In this document: one piece after another, positions 19,701-28,563 of the stretch
Numbering within the stretch: the first letter of the stretch is position 1
Layout: each line of letters begins with the position of its first letter
IMG/VR virus record: IMGVR_UViG_3300032308_001420
Location: 11,685 to 75,684 of that record
DNA length: 64,000 nucleotides
Source: a virus
Taxonomy: Duplodnaviria; Caudoviricetes
Direction: 5' to 3' (one strand)
Made by a program: the position numbers and the translations under genes
The notes under the pieces: generated by a model
Databases searched by the model: none
Told to the model about the DNA's origin: nothing
Seen by the model: the letters and a program-made list of their open reading frames with translations, nothing else

Positions 19701-22700
19701 TTCTTTTCCGCCTAAGAAATCATAACCAAGACTATGCTTACCAAATTTAAATGGGTCCATAGTTTTTAAAAATTTATGCATAAACTTTGATAATAATGAT
19801 TGTTTGCTAGCCAATCCGCCATTTGCAAGTCTGCTTGGTCCGTAGTCAGACAGAGGATTTATAACTCTTCCTCCGCCTGCAAACATCAGTGGACCTAGTC
19901 CGTAGGCACCGCTTCCAATGCCTCCCATAGAGGCTCCAGAGCCTGCCATACGCATAGGATCTCTATCTATACCCATTCCTGGGCTTGTAAATGGTTTACG
20001 TGGCTGCTCAGCCATCTGATGCATGTAGTCTGAATGCTGTGGAACATTTCCACTAAACTTAAGTCCTGGAATTTCTGTTCCGCCCCATATGTCCATACCT
20101 GGACTACGTGGCCCAATAAACCTAGAAAGTTCTCCCCAGTATTGTCCAAAAGGATTTCCTATAGGCTTTCCAGATCTTGAATAAGGAACACCTGGCTTCT
20201 TTTGTCTTGGTACAGTTAGAGGTCCCTTTATCCAATTTCCAGAATCATCAAAAGAACTTGTAACCTTTCCACCTTGTGCAAATTTCTTTATATTAACCTT
20301 TGTGCCTGCAAAAATTCTTGATCCGCCCATATATTTTGGATCATTTAATTGTGGATTCATTTCCATTAATTGCTTGACGCTAATGCCATACTTTGCAGCA
20401 ATTGCAGATAATGTATCTCCTCTGCCTACTGTGTATCTATCATTTTCATAATCTGACTTAGCATCATCTGCGCTGTAATATTCTGGTGTGCCATATCCAT
20501 ATTTAATAGTATCTACTGGCTTATATGAAGGTCTTCCGAATCCTACAATTGGAGCATTCTTCATATTGTATTGTCTTACTTTTGCAAGTACTCCGCCGCC
20601 GCTTCTTTGACTTCCAGAGCCAGATGTATTTCCTTCTATAGTTGAAACTGCATTCTTACTTAAAACTTTTCTTACTAGTCCTACGTGAGAAATTCTATTG
20701 ACGCCATCTCCTGGGAAATCCATAAAGGCTAGATCTCCACGAACTGGACTCATTGTTGTCCACTTCCCACTCTTCATAAATGATTGAGCTCCACCAGGAG
20801 TCCATATCATACTTGATAAATCTACTCCAGATTTCTTTGCCGCCCAATTTATAAATGCACCACACCATGCAATATATCTAGTTTGTAGATCATATGCCTT
20901 CTGTGCAAATCTTCCAAATATTGTGTCGTTGCCTCTTCCTTCTTTATAGCCCAACATAGACTCTGCTGTTTTAATCATTGAGTCTGCTGTGCCCATCTTA
21001 GTTACCTTGCCGCCATTAGCAAATCTGCCAGCGTTTAGGTTATCAAGGAAATCTGGGCCAAGGTCTCTACTTGCCTTCTCAACTGAAGAAGCTTTAATTA
21101 CATATTCACCATCTGAAAGATATGCTGGGATAGAATCAGATGTTGAAGTTCCTGGACCCATTACGTCTCCGCCTGGAGCGTAGTGTTTTACAGCCCCACC
21201 TTGTGCAAAAGTAAAGTTACTTCCTGGGTTGTCGTATCCTGGGTTATACCATCTTCCAACAAGTTTATTATTTTTTAAAACATCGCCATTCTTTTTATAT
21301 AAATATCCACCCTGATTTACATCTTTAATTGGCCCCAACATTTCTAAACTTTGTCCGCCTCCATATGTTGGATGCACAAATGATTGATTTGATCCAGCAG
21401 GTCCACCTACTGGAACTGGCATAACACGAGCTTGCTCTCTTGTGTACTTAACTCCAGTTGAACGATTTTGAAATCCTCCAGTAGCGGGATCAAAAGATAA
21501 TTTAGTTCCTGATGTTGGCGTAGGAGTTCCAGATAATATTTTCTTTAATAATCCCAAAACTTCTGTATCTGATGTTTTAAGTTCTCCCTTTTCGTTGTAA
21601 ATTGCTTTACCAAATGCTGACTTAGCTATTTCCTCTATGCCACTTGGATTTGGAACAAATCTGCTTCCTACATAGCTACCGCCGCCACCAGATAAAGATC
21701 TTGCTATGTCTTTATATCCAGCTTTTTCTAAATCAGATATAAGCAGATTAAGTCTATCTTTCTCTGTTGGACTTAATTCACCATCTGTTGCAGAAGTTGT
21801 TAGTGCAAGAAGCTCTGTGAGTAAGGAGCTAAGATTTTCAACTTTTGCGTTTGCTGCATCAGCTGTCTTTTTTGCTGAATCTACTTTATTCTGAAGTCCA
21901 TCAATTCTTGCATTAAGTGCATCAATTAATGATTGTTCTTTTGAAATATCCTCTTCTGCCTTTAAATCAATAGCTCTCTTTGCTAAAGCAACTTGTTGAG
22001 ACCCAACTAATTGTTGAATTGCAATTTGTGCTTGTGCTGCACCAGACATATCTCCAGCAGCTAATTTATCTTGATACTCAAGCTGCTTTGCCTTAATTCT
22101 AAGATTAATGTCTTCATCTGCATTTTCTTCATCTAAAGCTTTCTTTCTTGCGTCCGCTTCTTCTTTTATTTTTTGAATCTTTTTATTATGTAATTCAATT
22201 TCTTTACGAAGAGCCTTAGCTGAAAGTTCTGCGTTTTGAATAATTTGTTCTGCATTTGTTTTTGAAACCTTTGCCATATCCTTTACAATTTGTGAATATG
22301 GACCAGATTTTAATGCTTCTCTTTGTTTTTCAATTATTATAGAAAGAGCTTCAGCGGCTGCTGGCCCCATATTTACAAAATCTAAAGCTATTCCAGATGT
22401 AGAAAGTCTAACTTTTGCCATAATGCTTGCCAAAGTATCTGTTGTGTTTAGAAGCCTGTTCATCTCCGCATTTTGCTTTACTATAGCATTGACACCCTCA
22501 ATTCCAATTGCTACATTTCCACTAGATGTTGCCTTTATCTGCTTTAATATTTCCTGATAAGATTCTGAAGAAGTTATGAGTTTGCCATTTTTATCTTTTG
22601 TATTCTCAATTGAATCTGCTAAATTATTATAAGCATTTAATGCGGTATCCAAGGACTTGCTTAGCTGGTCTGTATTTCCATTTTTAATTACATTATTAAA

Positions 22701-25700
22701 TGTTTCCAGGGTAGACTTTGCAGCAGAAGCTTTATCTGTAATAGTTCCAAAACCTTTATCTCCTAATACTGACAAAGCCTGGGCTGATTTATTTGAAATT
22801 GAAATTAATGCATATATTAATTCATTTGCATTTTCTACAGACATCCCGCTTGATACAAACATGGCTTTTAGTTGAGTTGCTTTCTGTGCCAGCTCTTGCT
22901 CAGATGCTACATTTAGCATTTTAAGTTCTGTTGGTAACTGTTCCTTAGCTTGCTTTTTTAGTTCATCAAATTCTTTTACAGTTATATCTATTCCTTGACC
23001 AGGAGCTTTTGTTGTAGTATATTTAAATGCTGCCGCCGCTGCATTTCTTAATTCAATTTCCTTTTTGTTTTTTTCTATAGATGAAGTTAAAGTTTTATAG
23101 TTAAGATTTAGCTTTTTTACAGTTTCTTCTTCTAGGCCAAAGGCGGAGTCAATTATTCTTCGTCTCTCATTAATTTTGTCATTAATGGTTTTTATTGCAA
23201 CTCCTACACCAAGCAAGACAGCTATTAATTTGACTGGCCCAGGCATTTTTGTAAAAAGTTGAAATGCTTTTGTTAATAAAGTTGTTTGAGTTCTTGCTGT
23301 TCCTGCAGCCCTAGACATAAGGAACATGTCTGTTGCCATTTGACCAACCATGTATCCGCCCATTTGCCCAATACCGCCAAACATTCTGCCGCCAACTTGA
23401 CTTAATCCAAATCCAGCAGCCTGTCCTAGAAGCATTGACTTCATGTATCCAGATGCTCCAATTCTTGGCTGAACAATTCTTTGTTCGTTTTCTTCCGCAA
23501 AGTATTGAACCCCAGGAACTACCCCGCCCTTTGAGAATCCAGGAATAATTCCACCAGACATTTTTGGAACAAATATTTCTGGACCATTCTCTCCAACTAA
23601 ATACGGTCTACCACCAGTAACTGGTCCTCCGCCTGCACGAGCACCGTCAACAACTGTCTCTAATTGTATTTTGCCATTTCCTGCATCAACAATTCTAAAC
23701 TTACCGCCAAAGATTGCCTCTTGTTCTGACCTTGAATTATGTCCAGCTACCTTTTGTCCAAATGGTGCTGAGAATTTTGCATCTGGGAAAATCTCTGATG
23801 ATGGAACAACATTTCTATTTCTTACAATTGCTTCTAATAGAATAGCTTTTTGGTCTCCTGGAGCAGAATGGCCAGGAGCAAATAAACTTGCTATGTCCCT
23901 ATTTTGACTCCACGATGAGCGGCGCATTATAAATTCTCTTCCAATTAAAGGAGTATAGTCTCCAGTTAATTTTGCCTGAGATATTAAATCTAATATATCT
24001 GCTGGCAGCGGATTTGATTTATTATTCTTTAAAAATATTCCTCTGTATAGTCTTCCAGTATATTTTCTTGATAAAGTTTTTACTGCTTCTGTAGCGCCTG
24101 GAGTTTGCAAAATGCCATAGTTTCCAGCCATGTATTGACGCAATATATATTTGCCACGATCCTCTAAATTACCAATTGGGAACTGAGGAAGTACTGCTTG
24201 TCTTGCAAATCTATCGTCACGATATAAAATTTCACGAGTCCACTCAGGCTCATTTTGCATATTTTTTGGAACCATTGTTGTTCCAATTTGTAATGGCCCG
24301 TGAAGTGGATCTTGGTTTCCTAGTGTATATTGATATCCTGGTTGTCTAAACTGCTGTTGTGGTTTCCATTTTCCAGTTAATTTATCAAGCTTTGACTTAG
24401 ATAAAGACTTTACTATTCTTCCAACCATGTTGGTTCCAAAGTTTTGTATGATTCCGCCCATATTTTTTCTTTGTATTCTAGCTACTTTATTTTCTTTTAG
24501 GGCAACATAATCTCGTTCGTATAATGCGGTTGGATTGTATTGAGTTAAAACTCTTTCTATTTCTGGAATTACATCTTTTGTAAAAGTAAACTCTGCGCCA
24601 AGCTCTGGTCTATCTCCTATAGTTGGAAGTTGATCTACTGAGACACCACGTCTTTGTGCTTCGTTTTCAAATCTTGTTCTTATTGCTGAATCTATTGCTT
24701 CTTCAGCTTCATCCCATTGAGAAAGAGGAATTTTTGCAGCTCTTAATTGATTTCTATATTTGTTTACTCCTGCTACCTTAACAAGGTCTCTTCTTAAAAA
24801 GTCGGATGGTCTAAGGTTATTTTGGTTTGCTGATAAATTAGTTGCCGCTGTATAATCTACAATATAGTTGCTTACTAATACTTTTCCATCTCCTAGTTTT
24901 TTACTTACTGTAAGATGCGTACCATGTCTTGGCTCTGCATATGGAAGTGCATCTAGTCCATTTTCTACAAACCTTGAATTTAATTCGCTAACATTTTTTG
25001 ACTGTAATGTTCTTGATGTTTGAGAATGAAGTGCTGGATCTTTTTTAGACCTAGTTAATTTATCTGTAAAGTTTTTAGCTACATCTAAATATTTTTGTTT
25101 TAATACAGGATCTGGAATATCACCAATTTGAGAAATAAATCCTCTAGCATCTGCCCCTCTTGCTTTTATGCCATGAACAGTTTCTACTACATCTCTATTT
25201 CTAGTTGTAGAAAGACCTTTAACAATTCTATTAGGCATCATTCTGCCAAAGAATTGCATACCCTCTATCATTCCGCCTTTATTTTTATTTTGAATTGGAA
25301 CTATTACCGCTTTACCCTTATTGTATAGATGAAGTCCTTCTGGGTCACGAGCTGTTTGTTCTTTAGTTACAACAAATTCTCCTGGAGTAAGCATTGCTGG
25401 AACGGTATCTGTATTTCCTTGACCAGGTACAAATCTACCTTGTTCGGTAGTAAATACCTGTCCGCCCATGTTTAATCTTTTTGGTCTAGTTGTTTCTGTT
25501 GAATATGGTGCGCCAAATGTTTTAACTCTAAGCGCTTCAGCAATTCTTGTAATAAGGTTTCTGTTTCTTGGTCTTGTAAGTTCTTTCATATTTGATTTTC
25601 CAGTTACTGGGTCAAATGCTGGTTGATCTACAATTGGCAACTGTGTTAAATTAATTGTTCTTCCTTGTGCAGTAGCAACTCCTGTTGCTGCCTGCCCCAT

Positions 25701-28181
25701 CATTGCTTCAATCTGTTGGTTTAATGCAATAACTCTTGCTCTTGCTTGTTCAACAGTTATCTTAGATGCTTGAAGATCTGCAACTATTTGTGCTGATTCT
25801 GATGCGGCAAGTGATGTTAATCTTGACATTTCTGGAAGAAGCGCTTGATATGAATCTGATAATGATGTAGTTATTAGTCCAGTTGCTGCAACTTCTCTCT
25901 TTAATAATGCTATTTCTTCTTTTGATTGCATTGCTAATGCACCAGTCATTGCATGCCACTTAGCAGCTTCTTCTGCAACAATTCCTGTTGAAACTCCACG
26001 TACCGAGCTGACTCCCTCTATCTTTGGTAGATCGCCAGACATATACATTTGTGGGTTATTGCTTATTTTTTGATTAACTAATGGTGCTCCTGGAACAATG
26101 CCAAATATTGTTTGTGCAGCTTTTTGTTCTGGTGTCATCTGGCTTACTGGATTTGGATGAGAAAAAGATCTAGTATCTCTATCGCTTACAAGTGGGTGGC
26201 TTGGAACAACTTCTCTTGCACCAGCAATAATTGTTTGCCCAGCAATTGTTGATATTGTTGGTTGTGATGAAATTGTAGCTGATCCTGCTTTTGTTTGTAA
26301 TTGAGTTAATTGATCATTTACATAGCTAAGCGCTTCTCCAAGTGCCATGGCTGCTTTAGCATCATTATAAAATGTTTGCTCTACTAAGTTTCCAGCTTTT
26401 TGTGCTGCTAAAATTTCTGGTGTTAATAAACGCCATCCTTCGCCGCCTTTAAAAAATGCTCTAAGATGAGCGGCGCCCTTAACAACATATCCCAAGAAGT
26501 TTGCCAGCACACCAGTTAACATAATAATTGGGCCAGCTAATGCTGTAAATCCAGCAAATAGGCTCATTAAAGTTTTTACTGGTCCAGGTAGTTTATTCGC
26601 AAAATTTACAATCTTGTCAAGAACATTTATTAAAAATGTTCCAACATTTAAGAACTGCTCTCCTACTCCAGCCAAGTCTGCTTTTAGTTGCTCTAATGCT
26701 CTACGGAATCTACCAGAAGCAGATTCAGTAATTTGTGCTAATTCTCGTCCAGCTACACTTGCTAAGTCACCTGCGCTTGCATTCATTAAATCTAAAACTT
26801 GTAAAGTCTGGCTACCCTGTCTACCTAGGTTATCAAAAAGGGCTGACAGTCTAGCAAATTGGAACTTACCAAAAAGCTGTTCAATTGCTTTTGTTTTGCT
26901 AAGCGGATCAAGTCTGTCTAAAGCTTTTTGCAAATCTAAAATAGTGGCAGTTAAATTTCCAGCGTTACTTGTAACAATTTGACCTAAATCAATACCAAGT
27001 CCCAGGAACATTTCTTTTGCGACTTTAGTAGGATTGATAAGTGAAGCTAGGGATGATTTAATTGCATTTGCGCCTTCTGATGCATTAATTCCTCCTTCTT
27101 TCATTGCTGTCAAATATAAAGCAAGATCTTCTATGTCTCCACCCAAAGATTTAACTACTGGACCCGCCTTTGGAATAGCTTCTACTAAATCATTAAGAGT
27201 TGTTGAAGTTTGGTTTTCAACAGCGTTGAGGAAGTTAATAGACTCTGCTAACTCTTGAGTATTTTGATTAAAAGCTGTTTGAATTGCAAGAGTAGCCTTC
27301 ATTGCTTCTTGTCTATCTACTTCACCAAGAACTGAAAGTCTAGTAGTTTCTCTTACTGAGTTAAGAAGCTCTGCTCCTTGTTTTCCAGTTGCAGCTATAT
27401 CTGCAGATAGGGCTATAGTTTCTTTATAAGATGCGCCATATTGTCCTGCTAATTCTTTTGCTGTTGCAGCAACTTCTTTTCTTACTGTAGCTAACTCTGC
27501 TGCAGAGCTTCCTGCTATTCCGCCATAAACTTTTGTTAAACGAACTAACTGCTCGTCTGCTTCTCTAAATGCATCTGCTGCTGCTTTACCAAATGCTGCA
27601 ATTGGAACTGTTAAACCAACTGTTAGCTGTCTACCTGCCCACTGTGTATTTTTACCCCAGTTAATTAATTGAACTCCGCCATCTTGAATAACCTTATTAA
27701 AGATTTGCATTTCTTGCTTAAGCAGAGCTGCTTTGTTTTTAGTTTCGTCTAAACCTCTTGGTATATTAACATTGAATTGCATAAGCCCCTCGGCATTTCT
27801 ACCGAGAGGCTGAATGATTGCATTCTGTAAGGCTACCTGCTGTCTAGCAAGATCTCTAATTAATCCGCCAGAAGTTCTACTGTGCTGTTGCCAGACACCG
27901 TAATACTCTCTTAACTTTAATCTACCCTGATCTAAATTTTTTCCAAATTTATCAACATCAGCTGTTAAATTAACAAAGTGTGTAGAGAATTGTCCAGTAC
28001 TTCTTAAAGTACTTGCAAAGCCCTGCTGTATCTTTGTTGCATTTAAAGCTAACGCTTTATCTGTGTTAGTTAAAGTTTGCTTTAATTGAGATAACTGAAG
28101 ATTAACCTTATTAACATTTGAAATAAGATCTGAAAAGTCTGCACTAGCAACTATATTGGTGACTACATTTTCGCTAGCCAT
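16722..28181 (-). CDS. Tape measure protein, 3819 aa, polyvalent (TP901-type core plus ART-like x3, CHAP, LysM, kinase-like domains)
   Basis: Follows the chaperone pair; N-terminal TMP core (GLTVPIAAFG, GINASEGANAIKS), SDSIPAYLSDGEYV and YLVGENGPEIFVP TMP motifs, embedded enzymatic motifs. Confidence 0.95.
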   Translation of the reverse strand: MASENVVTNIVASADFSDLISNVNKVNLQLSQLKQTLTNTDKALALNATKIQQGFASTLRSTGQFSTHFVNLTADVDKFGKNLDQGRLKLREYYGVWQQHSRTSGGLIRDLARQQVALQNAIIQPLGRNAEGLMQFNVNIPRGLDETKNKAALLKQEMQIFNKVIQDGGVQLINWGKNTQWAGRQLTVGLTVPIAAFGKAAADAFREADEQLVRLTKVYGGIAGSSAAELATVRKEVAATAKELAGQYGASYKETIALSADIAATGKQGAELLNSVRETTRLSVLGEVDRQEAMKATLAIQTAFNQNTQELAESINFLNAVENQTSTTLNDLVEAIPKAGPVVKSLGGDIEDLALYLTAMKEGGINASEGANAIKSSLASLINPTKVAKEMFLGLGIDLGQIVTSNAGNLTATILDLQKALDRLDPLSKTKAIEQLFGKFQFARLSALFDNLGRQGSQTLQVLDLMNASAGDLASVAGRELAQITESASGRFRRALEQLKADLAGVGEQFLNVGTFLINVLDKIVNFANKLPGPVKTLMSLFAGFTALAGPIIMLTGVLANFLGYVVKGAAHLRAFFKGGEGWRLLTPEILAAQKAGNLVEQTFYNDAKAAMALGEALSYVNDQLTQLQTKAGSATISSQPTISTIAGQTIIAGAREVVPSHPLVSDRDTRSFSHPNPVSQMTPEQKAAQTIFGIVPGAPLVNQKISNNPQMYMSGDLPKIEGVSSVRGVSTGIVAEEAAKWHAMTGALAMQSKEEIALLKREVAATGLITTSLSDSYQALLPEMSRLTSLAASESAQIVADLQASKITVEQARARVIALNQQIEAMMGQAATGVATAQGRTINLTQLPIVDQPAFDPVTGKSNMKELTRPRNRNLITRIAEALRVKTFGAPYSTETTRPKRLNMGGQVFTTEQGRFVPGQGNTDTVPAMLTPGEFVVTKEQTARDPEGLHLYNKGKAVIVPIQNKNKGGMIEGMQFFGRMMPNRIVKGLSTTRNRDVVETVHGIKARGADARGFISQIGDIPDPVLKQKYLDVAKNFTDKLTRSKKDPALHSQTSRTLQSKNVSELNSRFVENGLDALPYAEPRHGTHLTVSKKLGDGKVLVSNYIVDYTAATNLSANQNNLRPSDFLRRDLVKVAGVNKYRNQLRAAKIPLSQWDEAEEAIDSAIRTRFENEAQRRGVSVDQLPTIGDRPELGAEFTFTKDVIPEIERVLTQYNPTALYERDYVALKENKVARIQRKNMGGIIQNFGTNMVGRIVKSLSKSKLDKLTGKWKPQQQFRQPGYQYTLGNQDPLHGPLQIGTTMVPKNMQNEPEWTREILYRDDRFARQAVLPQFPIGNLEDRGKYILRQYMAGNYGILQTPGATEAVKTLSRKYTGRLYRGIFLKNNKSNPLPADILDLISQAKLTGDYTPLIGREFIMRRSSWSQNRDIASLFAPGHSAPGDQKAILLEAIVRNRNVVPSSEIFPDAKFSAPFGQKVAGHNSRSEQEAIFGGKFRIVDAGNGKIQLETVVDGARAGGGPVTGGRPYLVGENGPEIFVPKMSGGIIPGFSKGGVVPGVQYFAEENEQRIVQPRIGASGYMKSMLLGQAAGFGLSQVGGRMFGGIGQMGGYMVGQMATDMFLMSRAAGTARTQTTLLTKAFQLFTKMPGPVKLIAVLLGVGVAIKTINDKINERRRIIDSAFGLEEETVKKLNLNYKTLTSSIEKNKKEIELRNAAAAAFKYTTTKAPGQGIDITVKEFDELKKQAKEQLPTELKMLNVASEQELAQKATQLKAMFVSSGMSVENANELIYALISISNKSAQALSVLGDKGFGTITDKASAAKSTLETFNNVIKNGNTDQLSKSLDTALNAYNNLADSIENTKDKNGKLITSSESYQEILKQIKATSSGNVAIGIEGVNAIVKQNAEMNRLLNTTDTLASIMAKVRLSTSGIALDFVNMGPAAAEALSIIIEKQREALKSGPYSQIVKDMAKVSKTNAEQIIQNAELSAKALRKEIELHNKKIQKIKEEADARKKALDEENADEDINLRIKAKQLEYQDKLAAGDMSGAAQAQIAIQQLVGSQQVALAKRAIDLKAEEDISKEQSLIDALNARIDGLQNKVDSAKKTADAANAKVENLSSLLTELLALTTSATDGELSPTEKDRLNLLISDLEKAGYKDIARSLSGGGGSYVGSRFVPNPSGIEEIAKSAFGKAIYNEKGELKTSDTEVLGLLKKILSGTPTPTSGTKLSFDPATGGFQNRSTGVKYTREQARVMPVPVGGPAGSNQSFVHPTYGGGQSLEMLGPIKDVNQGGYLYKKNGDVLKNNKLVGRWYNPGYDNPGSNFTFAQGGAVKHYAPGGDVMGPGTSTSDSIPAYLSDGEYVIKASSVEKASRDLGPDFLDNLNAGRFANGGKVTKMGTADSMIKTAESMLGYKEGRGNDTIFGRFAQKAYDLQTRYIAWCGAFINWAAKKSGVDLSSMIWTPGGAQSFMKSGKWTTMSPVRGDLAFMDFPGDGVNRISHVGLVRKVLSKNAVSTIEGNTSGSGSQRSGGGVLAKVRQYNMKNAPIVGFGRPSYKPVDTIKYGYGTPEYYSADDAKSDYENDRYTVGRGDTLSAIAAKYGISVKQLMEMNPQLNDPKYMGGSRIFAGTKVNIKKFAQGGKVTSSFDDSGNWIKGPLTVPRQKKPGVPYSRSGKPIGNPFGQYWGELSRFIGPRSPGMDIWGGTEIPGLKFSGNVPQHSDYMHQMAEQPRKPFTSPGMGIDRDPMRMAGSGASMGGIGSGAYGLGPLMFAGGGRVINPLSDYGPSRLANGGLASKQSLLSKFMHKFLKTMDPFKFGKHSLGYDFLGGKEVANVFSGTGNKLDYLSAALLPLGGVGRGAAKVPGAISKLTPEMKSFGMADIDAKAVQDLSKLDPSSIKIPETGITFSPSSAKEALKGWIQEGSLSKAGAGAWELVQAQREALLKAKYPKIDFSDVGKFNEYYAKEFYDLLPDDVIKLFKGVRNTAGSAWRTGERDLSTYFSTNPHIAALYSAMIGSAKLGEELPMFGIDKKISQLTNFLGEGAVRNSKAQGSMEFPQLLSGKDLLESLPEIYSLPAKVYGQMFGDAPKTLKLVKNVWPFGFADGGMVSSAPHAMGMSSFGSSSPAKKQNWFQRYVSSLSGMPGAETFGTAALLRKIAGQGRKGDSLSAAMLPLNFMGAGLGSKIGGISKAASAAASSPIKIKMGKTTKDINDVIKFPELLDYTEFKTLESNVPASLNITQLVEHIKSGDTGYLKSLNEITPDEVRREIFGSIFAGKAGLVAPVIKPYKTPYSFPHNLGIFSKSVDEISKGSITEKIIVEKLSKDPMFWSAFKPLENVSALPTRTFAALGMTSERSYRNAILDALGYSDAHGGNLIINPIGKKAGAIDFGRIGDSKHSLDIFGDQQKSIDRLKNRYYQGLSYLPESERDAYLEGLQRAQSTLSGIKDSDLIEMLSASGYSADSMPIKLYKQYIENVKTAIESRLSSKKIVGWDEDIPKISADADWYKKTNYGDTSDYAMGGPVRKYAGGGLIGKLAGILSKSKDLAYKPINLFNQYMNYFKAKKMVKKGMFHGSADLGQNSDGPFSGVTDLSGDYARDPYYGMGFYGTSSKAEADLYAGGYNVPGQWGESYGSVNKITKIPFGKYLDFSKDLKRQNYGLWSLLSKEGFMGAGENLGPLMNKSGMTGSIMPRINAGQTGDISIDTAKWIALNKPKGTILEELGLGFARGGYVNPSSYSNMSVPAYAMGGAVGPRYNIPTNTVSLGKNQIPGYNKGGAVHHYDVGGFVVNAQPGQDEKMIATMVVDMLDQKNVMRAAMTGVGRRN
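20290..20980 (-). other. CHAP amidase + LysM domains inside the TMP
   Basis: AWCGAFINW (catalytic Cys), SHVGLV (His), TIEGNT; LysM YTVGRGDTLSAIAAKYGISVKQLMEMNP. Confidence 0.9.
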
Positions 28182-28191
28182 TTTTTAGATG

Positions 28192-28563
28192 TTACCCCTT
28201 TTCATATCCTAATCCCGCTCCGATTCCAAATCCTGCCTGGGCTGCAAGTGGTCCTTGTAGTGAAACAACATCGTTTGCACCTGCATTTATTCCCAAGGCT
28301 CTTCTTTGTATATCTTCAAAGGTTGGACCTTCTTGTTCTTCTTCATCTTGACCTAAATCAATTCCTTGAATAGATGCTAAGAATCTTCTTTTCTCTGATT
28401 CAGTTTTTTGCATTGACTTTAAAGTCTGAATGAGTTCTGGCATTGATAAGTTATCTTCTAGCTCGTCGTAATTCTTCCAATGACCTAAAAGAAAAACTTC
28501 TCCCAATAAAGCGGCAAGATCTAGTTCTGACCAGCCAGAACCGCTGCCGCTAGAAGGTTTGGG
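28192..28563 (-). CDS. Tail assembly chaperone, -1 frameshift extension (gpGT-like)
   Basis: The -1 frame is open from the slippery site (PKPSSGSGSGWSELDLAALLGEVFLLGHW..) and is in frame with ORF 28192..28506. Confidence 0.85.
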   Translation of the reverse strand, partial: PKPSSGSGSGWSELDLAALLGEVFLLGHWKNYDELEDNLSMPELIQTLKSMQKTESEKRRFLASIQGIDLGQDEEEQEGPTFEDIQRRALGINAGANDVVSLQGPLAAQAGFGIGAGLGYEKG

